Source of the DNA: Octopus vulgaris
Lineage: Eukaryota
Reading direction: 5' to 3'
DNA length: 64,000 bases
NCBI GenBank assembly: GCA_951406725.2
Contig: OX597827.1
Location: forward strand, 7,192,001-7,256,000
Shown here: positions 40,096 through 56,019 of the stretch, in pieces
Layout: every line of letters starts with the position of its first letter
Position numbering within the stretch: position 1 is the first letter of the stretch
Program-made: the position numbers and the translations under genes
The notes under the pieces: model-generated
What the model was told of the DNA's origin: nothing
What the model saw: the letters and a program-made list of their open reading frames with translations, nothing else
Database searches by the model: none

Positions 40096-41015
40096 TCAAC
40101 AATATACATAAGAATAGTAAAAACAGAATATATGATAACACCTATAATAAATGTAGAAGTGACGTTAACCTTGGAAAGGTGAACGGTAGCTCAAATAGAT
40201 CTAAACATACGAGTAGTAGTAGTAATATTAATAATAATATACGAATTAAAACTTATGGTAGACATGATAATGGTAAAGTTTACTTGCGCAATAACCATGG
40301 TAATATTGATATAGATAGACATAACAATGACAGTGGTAAGAATAGTAATCCTATGAGTTGGTCTACGAATAGTATTTTTACAAATAACATTAATTCTATA
40401 GGCAATCCTAATTCTGATAAGGATACTCTTTGGTTGATTATCCCGTATGCAATGCAGATTAAAACAAACATAGTGAGAGCTTTGCATAATATTATTTTTA
40501 GGCATTTTGGTAAGGATAGGAATAAATTTAGTCCTTTAATTAACAACGGTACTGTTAGAGTGGGATATAGCATTACTCTTAATCTAGCCACCATCATCTC
40601 CTCTTTTAATAACAAGAAACTGGATCACTTCTATAAGGATAGAAAATTGAATTTAGACCAGGAAAACTTGCCCCTCTTCATTAATAATAGGAATAGAAAT
40701 TTTCTTGGAACAAATGGGAGCAACCTCCTTACTAATAATGAGTGCACCATACCTGTCAGAGATAATATAAATGTAATAGATCATACCACTACTACCAATA
40801 CTAGTACTAGTGATAGGAATATAGCCGATAATGTGGAATTAACTCATTCGTTGATTTTGGGTTTGGATGATGATAACAATTGTAACACTTATAATGTGAA
40901 TAGTAGTACAGGGGTGGTGTCCAATCTTAGATTTTCTCATTCTGTTAATCTTTGTAATTGCAGAAATAAAAATAAATGTGTATTTGGTAATCAATGCCTC
41001 AGGAAGGAGGTAGTT

Positions 41016-44272
<3,257 letters not shown>

Positions 44273-46156
44273 AGAATAAGAAAATCTCTTATAGTGAATT
44301 TCTTACCTTTTCAAAAACAGTAATAAACCGTCATGAAGTGATGTCTCCACAACAGAGAAGGAACCCACTCTACATATAACCATTCATTGTAGACAGCTTT
44401 TGAAAATAAAGTTATCTATTTAATATATGAATTTTCCCTCATCAGCTCTCCTGTCAAACAATGGATCCAACATCAATTTCTGTGTTTTTGTCGTTACTAC
44501 TATAATGGTTTCTCTTTTTCCAAGAATAAAGATCCTAAGTTATCGGCATATAGGCACAAGCGTGGCTGTGTGATAAGAAGCTTGCTTCTCAACGACATGG
44601 TTCGAGGTTCAGTCCCACTATGTGGCACCTTGGGCAAGTATCTTCTATTTATAGTCTCAGGTTGACCAAAGCCTTGTGAGTGGATTTGGTAGATGGAAAC
44701 TGAAATAAGCCTGTTGTGTGTATGTGTGTGTGTATGTGTGTGTGTGTGTGTGCTTGTCTTTGAGTGTGTGGCTGTCACCTCCACCACCATCGCTTGACAA
44801 CTGATGCTGGTGTAGCTATGTTCCCATGTCTACTTGTCTACGTTATCCAGCAGTTCAGCAAAAGAAACTGATAGAATAAGTATCAGGATCTTTTAAAAAA
44901 TAAGCACTGGGGTCGATACATTTGAGTAAATATTCTTCAAGGCAGTGCCCCAGCATGGCCACAGTCAAATAACAGAAAAAAAAGTAGAAGATAAAAGATA
45001 TAGACCGAGCCTTTACAGGGTCATACAGTCTGCTAGAAATAGCAGCCAAATGTTGCTCAAAACATATACTACTGCTTTAAAGCAGAACAAATAACTGTAG
45101 CAAGTTGGTAGAGCTGTTAGACCGAATTCTTCTTTGTTCCACATCTCGCCATCCTCATTAAAATCCTGCAGAGGTCATCTTTACCTTTCATGTTTTTTGT
45201 GTTGATAAAATAAAATGCTAGTTTAGTTTGGTTGATCGGCAGAATTATTAGACTGCCAGATGAGATGTCTTGTAGTATCTGTTCCAGCTGTTTGCATTCC
45301 AAGATCCTGGGTGGTAGATATATCTTTTACTCAGTTTAAAGGGTATCTTTAGCAGAATTCATTCTGTTACATGTTCATTCAGGCTAGACCTTTGGTTTGA
45401 GAATAACTTAAATCCTTGTTCTCATAAATTTTAGATATTCTGAAAATATTAAGATAAAGGGTGCTGGAGGTTGCCCTCCTCTATCTTGATGACTGAACAG
45501 TTAAAAAGAATTTTGGGGTACTGTTACACTATATCGTTTTTCTTTCATTTCAGTGATCGGACTATGGCCATGCTGGGGCATCACCTTGAATGGCTTAGTA
45601 AAAAAGAATCAGCATATTTGGTTTTAAAGTGTAATCTCCTTTTGCTGAATCACTATGGGGATGCAAACGAACCAACACTGGTTGTCAAGTGATGGTGGTG
45701 GTGGTGGACAAACATGACACACACATACATAGCTATATACATACATGCACATATACATAGCTATATACATACATGAACGTATACATACAAACATGCATAC
45801 ATATACATGCACATTCACACACACATACATACACACACACCTACACACATACATACACACACACACACGAGAAGGAATTCTTTCAGTTTCTGTCTACCAA
45901 ATCCATTCATGAGACTCTGGTTATCCCAGGGCTATAGTACAAGATACTTGCCCAAGGTGACTTGCAGTGGGACTGAACCCAGAACTATGTAGTTGGTAAG
46001 CAAACTTCTTACCACACAGCTATGCCAAAAAAAAAACAAAAAAAATGTGTAACTGCTACAATGCATTTTTAGTACCATAAGCCTGTTTTAGTAAAGCTGA
46101 CCTAGGGTTAAACGGCAACTTACTACATTATCTTGTCTAATATCTATCATACGGCT

Positions 46157-46569
46157 CTCTCTTTACTCTTTTACTTGTTTCAGTCATTTGACTGCGACCA
46201 TGCTGGAGCACCGCCTTTAGTCGAACAAATCGACCCCGGGACTTATTCTTTGTAAGCCCAGTACTTATTCTATCAGTCTCTTTTGCCGAACCGCTAAGTG
46301 ACGGGGACATAAACACACCAGCATCGGTTGTCAAGCAATGTTAGGGGGACAAACACACACACACAAACACACACACATACACATATATATATATATACAT
46401 ATATACGACAGGCTTCTTTCAGTTTCCATCTACCAAATCCACTCACAAGGCTTTGGTCGGCCCGGGGCTATAGCAGAAGACACTTGCCCCAGATGCCACG
46501 CAGTGGGACTGAACCCGGAACCATGTGGTTGGTAAGCAAGCTACTTACCACACAGCCACTCCTGCGCCT
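46157..46569 (-). mobile_element. SINE family A
   Basis: Reverse-complement full copy. Confidence 0.9.
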
Positions 46570-47756
46570 GTCACATTCTACCAGATCTTGTCTACATGCT
46601 TGTGTGAATCCTTCTTCCCCAGAATTATATTTCCCCTGAAATCTCTCAGTTCCAAACATGACAATTACCATTTCCTCTAAATATAGAATTTTGTCTACTC
46701 ATTGCTTTCGCTATTGAGTCCTACCTAACAGTTCAAAACTTTAGGCATTCTATTACTCACAGCATTATTAAACTTATTGGTATTTCATAAATACTTTTGT
46801 AGCTCTAGTAGACTGAGCTGATGAAAGTGAGTAATCCTGCAATGGACAGGTATCCCATCCAGGGGGAAAATATATTATTCTACAGAAACTGGGAAACCAT
46901 GAAATGAGCCCTTATGAATCTATGTGACTCGGGAAGGATTTTTTTCCTGCTGAAATCAGCTTTGCCTTTCATCCCATTTAGGGCTGATAAAATAAGTACT
47001 ACTTGAACACTGGGGTTGATTTAATCAACTTAGCCCCTATTCCAAAACTGCTGGCCTTGGGCCAAAATTTGAAACCAATATTTCATAAATTCTTTGTTTG
47101 ATAAATTGTTACTGATGCAATGACTCTCATCAGTTTCTTTAGATTCCAGACTTTGCATTGAATTTTTAAGATATTGACTAACATTTTTTTATAGTGGAAT
47201 TGTATGGATGTTTATATTGGTTTTACCATCACTGGTCCTCTAAAAACAGCAAAATCAATGTGATTAACATTCCCCCTGGGGAATTTTTTTGGGTCAGCAT
47301 TTTGGGAAGGAAGGAAGGACTGAGTGCTGTGTTTAGTGGCTTAAGAAGGATAGATGAATGAGTTACGAATGTTTGACAGAAGATAACATAGAACCTGTCA
47401 TATCAGCGATGTTGGTGTGTTTACGTCCCTGTTAGTTAACGGTTTGGCAAAAGAGACCTATAGAATAAGTACTAGGCTTCCAAAGAATAAATCCTGGGGT
47501 CGATTTGCTCGACTAATGGTTGTGCTCCAGCATGGCCACAGTCAAATGACTGAAACAAGTAAAAGAGTAACTAAAGCATTTCGTCCTTAATCTATTATAG
47601 ATATGAACCTCTTCAATATGCGTGTCTAGAATGGGAAGCATTCCCCTAAGATGCTTCCCCTTGGCCATGTTGTTGATGTCATAATAAATATTACTCTCTT
47701 TCTCTCTTCCTGGAAAGAAGGGAATAAAATACAAAGTGTTTGATAGAGTGTAATAC

Positions 47757-47940
47757 GCTTGGAAAGGGTTGGATAAATATTGGAAAAAGGTGGAAAAATT
47801 AGAAAGGAGTGGATAAACTTGGAAAGGAGCAGATGAACTTAGAGAATCTGGCAAAGGGGTGGATCACTTGGAAAGGGGTACATAAACTTGGAAATGGATA
47901 GATAAATCTAGAAAAAAACTGGAAAAAAATTAGAAAAGAA
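47757..47940. repeat. Degenerate ~20-bp tandem repeat
   Basis: Units resemble TTGGAAAGGRGTGGATAAAC. Confidence 0.7.
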
Positions 47941-47955
47941 TATGATTTTTCTGGA

Positions 47956-48337
47956 TGGAAGCACTCCGTCGGTTATGACGACGAGGGTTCCGGTTGATTC
48001 GATCAACGGAACAGCCTGCTCGTAAAATTAACGTGTAAGTGGCTGAGCACTCCACAGACACGTGCACCCTTAACGTAGTTCTTGGGGATATTCAGCGTGA
48101 CACAGAGTGTGACAAGGCCGGCCCTTTGAAATACAGGTACAACAGAAACAGGAAGTAAGAGTGAGAGAAAGTTATGGTGAAAGAGTACAGCAGGGATCAC
48201 CACCATCCCCTGCCGGAGCCTCGTGGAGCTTTAGGTGTTTTCGGTCAATAAACACTCACAACACCCGGTCTGGGAATCGAAACTGCGATCTTACGACCGT
48301 GAGTCCGCTGCCCTAACCACTGGGCCATTGCGCCTCC
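47956..48337 (-). mobile_element. tRNA-derived SINE family C
   Basis: Near-identical to the 23751 copy; 10-bp TSD TGATTTTTCT (47943-47952, 48341-48350). Confidence 0.9.
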
Positions 48338-48956
48338 ACTTGATTTTTCTACTGACTTGATAAACATCATAAAGTTATCCATATTATTTTTGTCCAACAA
48401 ACTCATTGATCAAAAACTTAATGGTGAGATTTGAAAAATCCATCTATTCCAATGATAGCTGCCTTTGGAAGCAATGGTAAGTTATCAGACTGGATGGACA
48501 CTGCCTTAACTCAAAAAGGCATGGAAATATAAGAGTTTCTATGTGGTCGCCCTACCTGCTAGAAATATCAGTAAAATTTCTTTCAAAACTGACACATCTA
48601 TCATAAAAAATGGAAGGACTTGTTAGATAATGAAATATAAGACACATTATGGTTTAAAAAAATGGAACGATCACAGCTGGAATGCCTTCGTTTATAAGCC
48701 AGGAGTAACCTGGTGTTTAATACCAGGAACATACCATTCTCTCACTGATTTCCTGTTCCAGCTTTGATTTTCGAAAACATTTGGATTGCAGGTATTAGCA
48801 GAGTAATTTCCCTTGCTTTTTGTTTCTTGGGTTCTAAACACCTCTTCTACAGGAAGTTTCCTCTACTAATCGCATAGGTAATTTCAGTTAATCAAAGTTT
48901 ATCAACTCACTGTATTAAGTGTGTACATATTAATTACGCTGAATGTTCAGCCATAT

Positions 48957-49368
48957 TACTCTTTTACTCTTTTACTTGTTTCAGTCATTTGACTGCGGCC
49001 ATGCTGGAGCACCGCCTTTAGTCGAGCAACTCGACCCCAGGACTTATTCTTTGTAAGCCCAGTACTTATTCTATCGGTCTCTTTTGCCGAACCGCTAAGT
49101 GACGGGGACATAAACACACCAGCATCGGTTGTCAAGCAATGCTAGGGGGACAAACACAGATACACAAACACACACACACACGCATATATATATATACATA
49201 TATACGACAGGCTTCTTTCAGTTTCCGTCTACCAAATCCACTCACAAGGCATTGGTCGGACCGGGGCTATAGCAGAAGACACTTGCCCAAGGTGCCACGC
49301 AGTGGGACTGAACCTGGAACCATGTGGCTGGTTAGCAAGCTACTTACCACACAGCCACTCCTGCGCCT
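48957..49368 (-). mobile_element. SINE family A
   Basis: Reverse-complement full copy. Confidence 0.9.
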
Positions 49369-49732
49369 ATATTGTTGAAATTCATAATCAACGTCCCTAC
49401 TAATTTTTTTTTTTGTCTATATTGAACAAAAATCTATGATTTGGTGACTGAACAGAATATTCTAGGCTGAGGAAGTCTAATAGGATTTAAACACGTCCGT
49501 TGCTTTTAGTAGTTTGCTTAAACACAAAATTTGCTCCCATTTACACCTTATAGAGTAAATAAAATAAAATAAAACTTTATCGGAGTTGCTTCCCTTGCCA
49601 ATTTATTTTTAAATTCTGCAATTGAAGGAATTCTCGCCACTAAATACACGGACAATCTCTATTATTTGAAACTTTTCGAGACTTTCTCTGTGTATAATGT
49701 ATATCTCTCCCTTTGCATCATCCCTCGGAACG

Positions 49733-50335
49733 TACGAGGGGATACTGAAAGTTCTTGTTTTTAAGGGTGCCACAAAAGACCAGGCTATAAGCCCAACTTT
49801 CAAAGTTCTTTTACAGGGCTTGGGAAAACGGAAGGATTGCTGCAATAAGTGTATGAATCGAGGGAAAGGGGGAGAATATCTTTATATATAAAAGTAAGGT
49901 TGTGTGCTGTCTGTCTCCTACGATTTAGATTCCTAACTACTCCCACATTTTGCGGTGCAGTTTAACCAAAACCGGGTATCTTATAGTCGTGATTCATATC
50001 GAGCCCTTCTGGGTATTAGCGCGCGTCTACGATGAGTCTACGATTTTAAAAAATTTACCATCAATTTTTCCTATTTTTAATGCATTTTTGGCATATATAA
50101 GGGAAGTAACTCTCTAAAAATTTATTATTAAATCTCAGAACGTAAAAAGCTACAGTAACCCCGCCTCCTTTGTGGTTAGCCATATTGAGATGGCTATTAT
50201 ACTTTACATCTCTAAAAATGCTTATATAGTTATTTCCCTTACAAACCCGAGCAACGCCGGGCGATACTGCTAGTGTTCTATAAAATTATAATTAACTGAT
50301 CCTCCTTTTACTCCAAACCCGGAACTTTTCAGCAC
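49733..50335 (+). mobile_element. Internally deleted mariner / MITE interrupted by a Helitron
   Basis: TACGAGGGGATACTGAAAGTTC ... GAACTTTTCAGCAC TIRs; remnant of the transposase end (KC....GEYV). A related end lies at ~33500-33561. Confidence 0.65.
49879..50273 (+). mobile_element. Non-autonomous Helitron
   Basis: A|TCTTTATATATAAAA ... CCCGAGCAACGCCGGG CGATACTG CTAG|T. Confidence 0.92.
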
Positions 50336-50444
50336 TTATTCTTTGTAAGCTTAGTACTTATTCTATCAGTCTCTTGTGCCGAACTGCTAAGTTACTGGGA
50401 CATAAACACACCGACATCGGGTGGTGGACAAACAAAGACACACA

Positions 50445-50535
<91 letters not shown>

Positions 50536-51016
50536 TGTTAGTAAATCATAAATACGAAAGAGAATCCCATTCTAAGTTATAGACCAGTAAAATAATTAGA
50601 TATAGTTATGGCCAATCTTTGGGCTACTCAGGGTTCCACGTCTATAAAGCCCTTGGTTTCACAGTATTTCTTCAGATCCTGATGGCTGGCCCATCAAAGT
50701 CTGAAGAAGCACTGTAAAGCCAAGTGCTTTATGCATGTGAAACACTGGGTATGTATGTAAGTATGTATGTATGTATGTATGTATGTATGTGTGTGTGTAT
50801 GTATGTATGTATGTATGTATGTATGTATGTATGTATGTATGTATGTGTGTATGTATGTATGTATGTAAGTATGTATGTATGTATGTATGTATGTATGTAT
50901 GTATGTATGTATGTATGTATGTATGTGTGTATGTGTGTATGTATGTATGTATGTATGTATGCATGTATGTATGTATGTATGTTTGTATGTGTGTATGTAT
51001 GTGTGTATGTATGTAT

Positions 51017-51047
<31 letters not shown>

Positions 51048-52443
51048 ACTTGGAAGTGGATGTGTGGCGTTTGACCACATAATGATAAATTAATAAATAG
51101 AACATATGCATATATACATACATACATATATACATACATATACATACATGTAGAGGCGCAATGGCCTAGTGGTTAGGGCAGCAGACTCGCGGTCGCAGGA
51201 TCGCGGTTTCGATTCTCAGACCGGGCGTTGTGTGTGTTTATTGAGCGAAAACACCTAAAAGCTCTACGAGGCTCCGGCAGGGGGTGGTGATCCCTGCTGT
51301 ACTCTTTCACCACAATGGCGGTGCCCCAGCATGGCCACAGCTCAAGAGCTGAAACTGGAAAAACAAAAACAAAACATACATATATGTACATACCTACATC
51401 TATATGTATATATACATGCATATATGGGTACAGGACAACCCCCCCCCCCCAAAAAAAAAAACGTAGAACACAATGAGAAACGAAAATCTAAAAACAAAAA
51501 CATGGAAACGGACTTTTTTCAAACAACGAAAAAGCAGAGTACAGGACATACAACACAAGAAATATTCCCCTTCTTCAGTTGACCCTGTTTTGACTACTCC
51601 GTGTTTCTGTTGTTTGAAAAAAAGTCCGTTTCCATGTTTTTGTTTTTATGCTTTCGTTTCTCATTGTGTTCTACATTTTTTTGGTGTCCTGTACCCATAT
51701 GTGCATGTATATATACATGTAGAGGTAGGTACATACATATATGTATGTATATATGCATATGTTTTATTTATTATTTTGTTATTATACATATGAAAAGAAG
51801 CCCGTCGTATATATGTATATATATATATATATGGAGTGTGTGTGTTTGTGTGTCTCTGTTTGTTCCCCTAGCATTGCTTGACAACCGATGCTAGTGTGTT
51901 TACGTCCCCGTTAGGTAGCGGTTCGGCAAAAGAAACCGATAGAATAAGTACTGGGCTTACAAAAGAATAAGTCCCGGGGTCGAGTTGCTCGACTAAAGGC
52001 GGTGCTCCAGCATGGCCACAGTCAAATGACTGAAACAAATAAAAGAGTAAAAGAGTATTTATATATATATATATATATATATTTATATGCGTGTGGGTGT
52101 GTAGACGAAGACTAATTTATTTATAGAAAATACTAATGTAAGGGAGACAACTCTGTCCTGCCTGAATCCCTACTTCATCTTGTATATATTTTTTGCTTAC
52201 TGAATTAAGTGATCATCACGTTTTTCTCCTCCCAGTTGTACAGAGGTTATGTGTCTCTGGCCATTTGAGTCTGATACGTTACCTACACAGCTAAGGAGCT
52301 TTATAGCTGTGAAACCAACTGCCACTCTCCGACCGGCCACAACAAACAGTCTTCCTAATATATTACTGGTCTCATGTTTTAGAGTGAGGCTCTTTTTCCA
52401 GATATGCGAACTACTGACGATATATACATATATATATACATAC

Positions 52444-52534
<91 letters not shown>

Positions 52535-52593
52535 CATATATATATATATACATACGTATATATATGTATATTCATATATACATATATTATATA

Positions 52594-53109
52594 CTAGCAG
52601 TATCGCCCGGCGTTGCTCGGGTTTGTAAGGGAAATAACTATATAAGCATTTTTAGAGAGTTACTTCCCTTATAGATGCCAATTCGGGCTTTCTTAGCCAT
52701 TTCTGTTTTGGTGTCTTCAAGCCATGAAGTCGTTGTTCTAAAAGAACGCTGGTCTCCTTGACAACGCATTGCGACATTGATTTCCTTACACTCCCTTCCC
52801 CACAGCTTCACGAGGGAGGGAGGAAGGAGGAGAAGTAACACAGGTGCAGGTGTGACCATGGACGCCAACTCCGCCGCCATCGACACACGATGCATTTTAT
52901 GCATTAAAATGGAATAAAAAATTATGTTGAATTATTTTTAAAATCGTAGACTCATCGTAGACGCGCGCTAATACTCAGACGGGCTCGATGTGAATCACGA
53001 CTATAAGATACCCGAATTTGGTTAAACTGCACCGCAAAATGTGGGAGGAGTTAGGAATCTAAATCGTAGGAGACAGACACTCACACAACTACAGTTTTAT
53101 ATATAGAGA
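52594..53109 (-). mobile_element. Non-autonomous Helitron with ~230-bp extra internal segment
   Basis: Same termini as the other three copies; unique GC-richer insert ~52672-52900. Confidence 0.9.
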
Positions 53110-53119
53110 TATATATATT

Positions 53120-53348
53120 AGGGTGGCGAGCTGGCAGAACCGTTAGCACTCCAGGCAAAATGCATAGCTGTATTTTGTTTGCAATTACGTTCTGAGTTCA
53201 AATTCTGCCAAGGTTGACTTTGCCTTTCTTCCTTTCGGGGTCAATAAATTAATTACCAGTTACGCACTGGGGTCGATGTAATCGACTTAATCTGTTTGTC
53301 TGTCCTTGTTTGTCCCCTCTGTTTAGCCCCTCGTGGGTAATAAAGAAA
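53120..53348 (+). mobile_element. SINE family B
   Basis: Same body as the 17049 units. Confidence 0.85.
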
Positions 53349-53669
53349 CACACACACACACATATATATATAGATATAAGTTCTATCAAGTAAGTGCTTA
53401 GAATGAGATCTTGAAAAGACTTATGTTTGAGAGAAAGTTTGCTCTGTTTCAGGTGCAAAACCTTTTAATATTTGTTCATACCAAGAGCATCCGTTGTAGT
53501 GACCATTATCATCATAGTCCTTTTAATGTCCGTTTTTCTACATCTGCATGGGTCAGATGAGAATATATGAAAGGGAGAAATAGGTCACATATTTTACTAA
53601 GCTAATTCAAAAAAGAATCACAGGAAAATATGCCCTAGACTAAAATCATGGAAATAAAAAATAACAGAA

Positions 53670-54400
53670 AAATGGTCACAGAAAAACAAACACTTAAAAA
53701 TTTCACCGCAAAATGTCAGAAAACAGTCACAGATATAAGGTCATGGAAAAAGTCACAGAAAAGAGGTCACCGAAAAATGTCATAGAAAGCAGTTGCTGAG
53801 AAAGGTCATGGAAAAAGTCATAGAAAAGAGGTCACTGAAAAATGTCATAGAAAGCAGTCACTGAAAAAGGTCATGGAAAAAGTCACAAAAAAGAGGTCAC
53901 TGAAAAATGTCATAGAAAGCAGTCACTGAAAAAGGTCATGGAAAAAGTCACAGAAAAGAGGTCACTGAAAAATGTCATAGAAAGCAGTCACTGAAAAAGG
54001 TCATGGAAAAAGTCACAGAAAAGAGGTCACTGAAAAATGTCATAGAAAGCAGTCACTGAAAAAGGTCATGGAAAAAGTCACAAAAAAGAGGTCACTGAAA
54101 AATGTCATAGAAAGCAGTCACTGAAAAAGGTCATGGAAAAAGTCACAGAAAAGAGGTCATGGAAAAAGTCACAGAAAAGAGGTCACTGAAAAATGTCACA
54201 GAAAAGAGGTCACTGAAAAATGTCATAGAAAGCAGTCACTGAAAAAGGTCATGGAAAAAGTCACAGAAAAGAGGTCACTGAAAAATGTCATAGAAAAAGT
54301 CACAGAAAAGAGGTCACTGAAAAAAGTAACAGAATACACTCATGGAAAGAAGTCACAGAAAAGAAACCGTCTTAGAAAAACTTCACTGAAAAACAGCCAG
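53670..54400. repeat. Minisatellite: ~13-bp monomer in a 65-bp higher-order repeat
   Basis: GTCACTGAAAAAT-GTCATAGAAAGCA-GTCACTGAAAAAG-GTCATGGAAAAA-GTCACAGAAAAGAG; period 65 (53831 to 53896). Confidence 0.92.
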
Positions 54401-55065
54401 TGAAAAAAAAAAAGAAAAGAAAAAAAAAAGAAGAAAACAAGAATACTTTTTATTTTCAGTTTTTGTAATTCCACCTACTTTCAAATTTGAAATGACCTCT
54501 GGTAAAGTGTCTTAAGAGCCCTTATGAAAAATAAATTGCTTAAAACTTTTAGACCAAAATAGTAATTAAATATGTTATACATACAGCTACGAATTTGTAA
54601 ACTTAATGATTCATTAGTTTCTTTTTCTCATCTCAGATTCGATTGCAGTTCAATCCCTTCACTGGAAAAGCCCCCACCATTACAACATTGAACATTTCTT
54701 TATTAGAGTGTATTCTAAGGAGATTCTAATTTTTCCCTCTAAATAATCATATAGTTTAAGTGATTCGAAGAGAGACTGCTGATTATTAATTGCAGAAGAT
54801 ATGCTCTTCCTCAAGGACATTAAAGAGAAGTAAGAGAGGAGAAAATAGAATAATTAAAACTGCAACTCGTAAATAGGTTCTTAAAATGTTATTCCGATTC
54901 ACTTTACTATCACTCATTAAGAAATAACACACGCCAAAAAAATTTTTTTAAATGGGAATAAAGGGAGGCAACTTTTACGAGCCTCGCATGTCTTCTTTTT
55001 AAATGTTCGTGCTTTACCTTTTGCTAAGCATTTTGCTTGACGTCCTAAAGATTCTGCTAGATCGC

Positions 55066-55078
55066 AATAATAATGATG

Positions 55079-55110
<32 letters not shown>

Positions 55111-55610
55111 TAATTCGTTTTATTGACCACAAGGGCTGACAAAAAACAATTATAACATTTAGGGACAAATACAGGACGATAGTTACAAAAAGGGTTTTGT
55201 CCGTTTGAAAAAAAGTCCGTGTACAAAAAGCAGGATAACAACGAAAATAGAACAAGTGAAAACTCCCAATAGGGGGAGGCGCTTCGAAAGGTTACTCGCG
55301 GAAAAACCCATAAAAGCCACGGGAGCCTGGTCAAAAGGGAGGAGGGTAGAGAGCCCCTTTCTCCTTTTGTAATACCTTTTTTTCTTACAGGTGTATCCTC
55401 AGGTGTATTCATACTGGCCATTCTTCAATCATAATAATAATAATTAATTCTTTTTATTGGCCACAAGGGCTGACAAACATGATTGGAAAACATAAAGGGA
55501 CAAAAACAGGACGAAAGGTTACAAAGGGTTTTGTCCGTTTGTGAAAGAAACCGAGTGAAAAAGCAGTTTAACAACGAAAAACTCCCAATAGAGGAGACAC
55601 TTCGAAAAAT
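55066..55610 (-). mobile_element. Two tandem 3' ends of a non-LTR retrotransposon (possibly Tx1/L1-like) with (TTA)n tails
   Basis: Both end in GCCCTTGTGGYCAATAAAA..AATTAATT(ATT)n on the minus strand; units 55066-55426 and 55428-55610. Confidence 0.55.
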
Positions 55611-56019
55611 CATAATAATAATAATAATTACGGTTTCAAATTTTGCCACAAAAAGCAGCTATTTTGTGGGGAGGGGGATGAGTCGATTACATCAACCCCT
55701 GTGTTTCCCTAGTACTTAATTTATTGACTCCTGAAAGGATGAACAGCAAAGTCGCGCTCGGCAAAATTTGAACTCAGAACGTAGTACCAGATGAAATACC
55801 GCTTAGTATTTCGCCCGGCATGCTATGATTCTGCCAGCTCGCTGCTTTAATAATAATAATAATAATCCTTTCTACTATAGGCACAAGGCCTGAAATTTGG
55901 GGAGAGGGGGCTAGTCGATTACATTGACCCCCAGTGTTACACCAGTACTTAAAAGCTTGTAATTCATTTTGTTTTATAAAGTTATGGATTCATTCTTTTT
56001 CCTTCTATTTTTCAATAGC

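Noticed and set aside
52340-52420. Hammerhead-like CTGG..GAG-CCTCA-CTC..AAAC..CCAG on the minus strand
   Set aside because: The CUGANGA core is absent; too degenerate to support.
53670-54400. CRISPR-like array
   Set aside because: No unique spacers, eukaryotic context, no cas genes; it is a tandem minisatellite. The same applies to 31070-31762 and 57082-57172.
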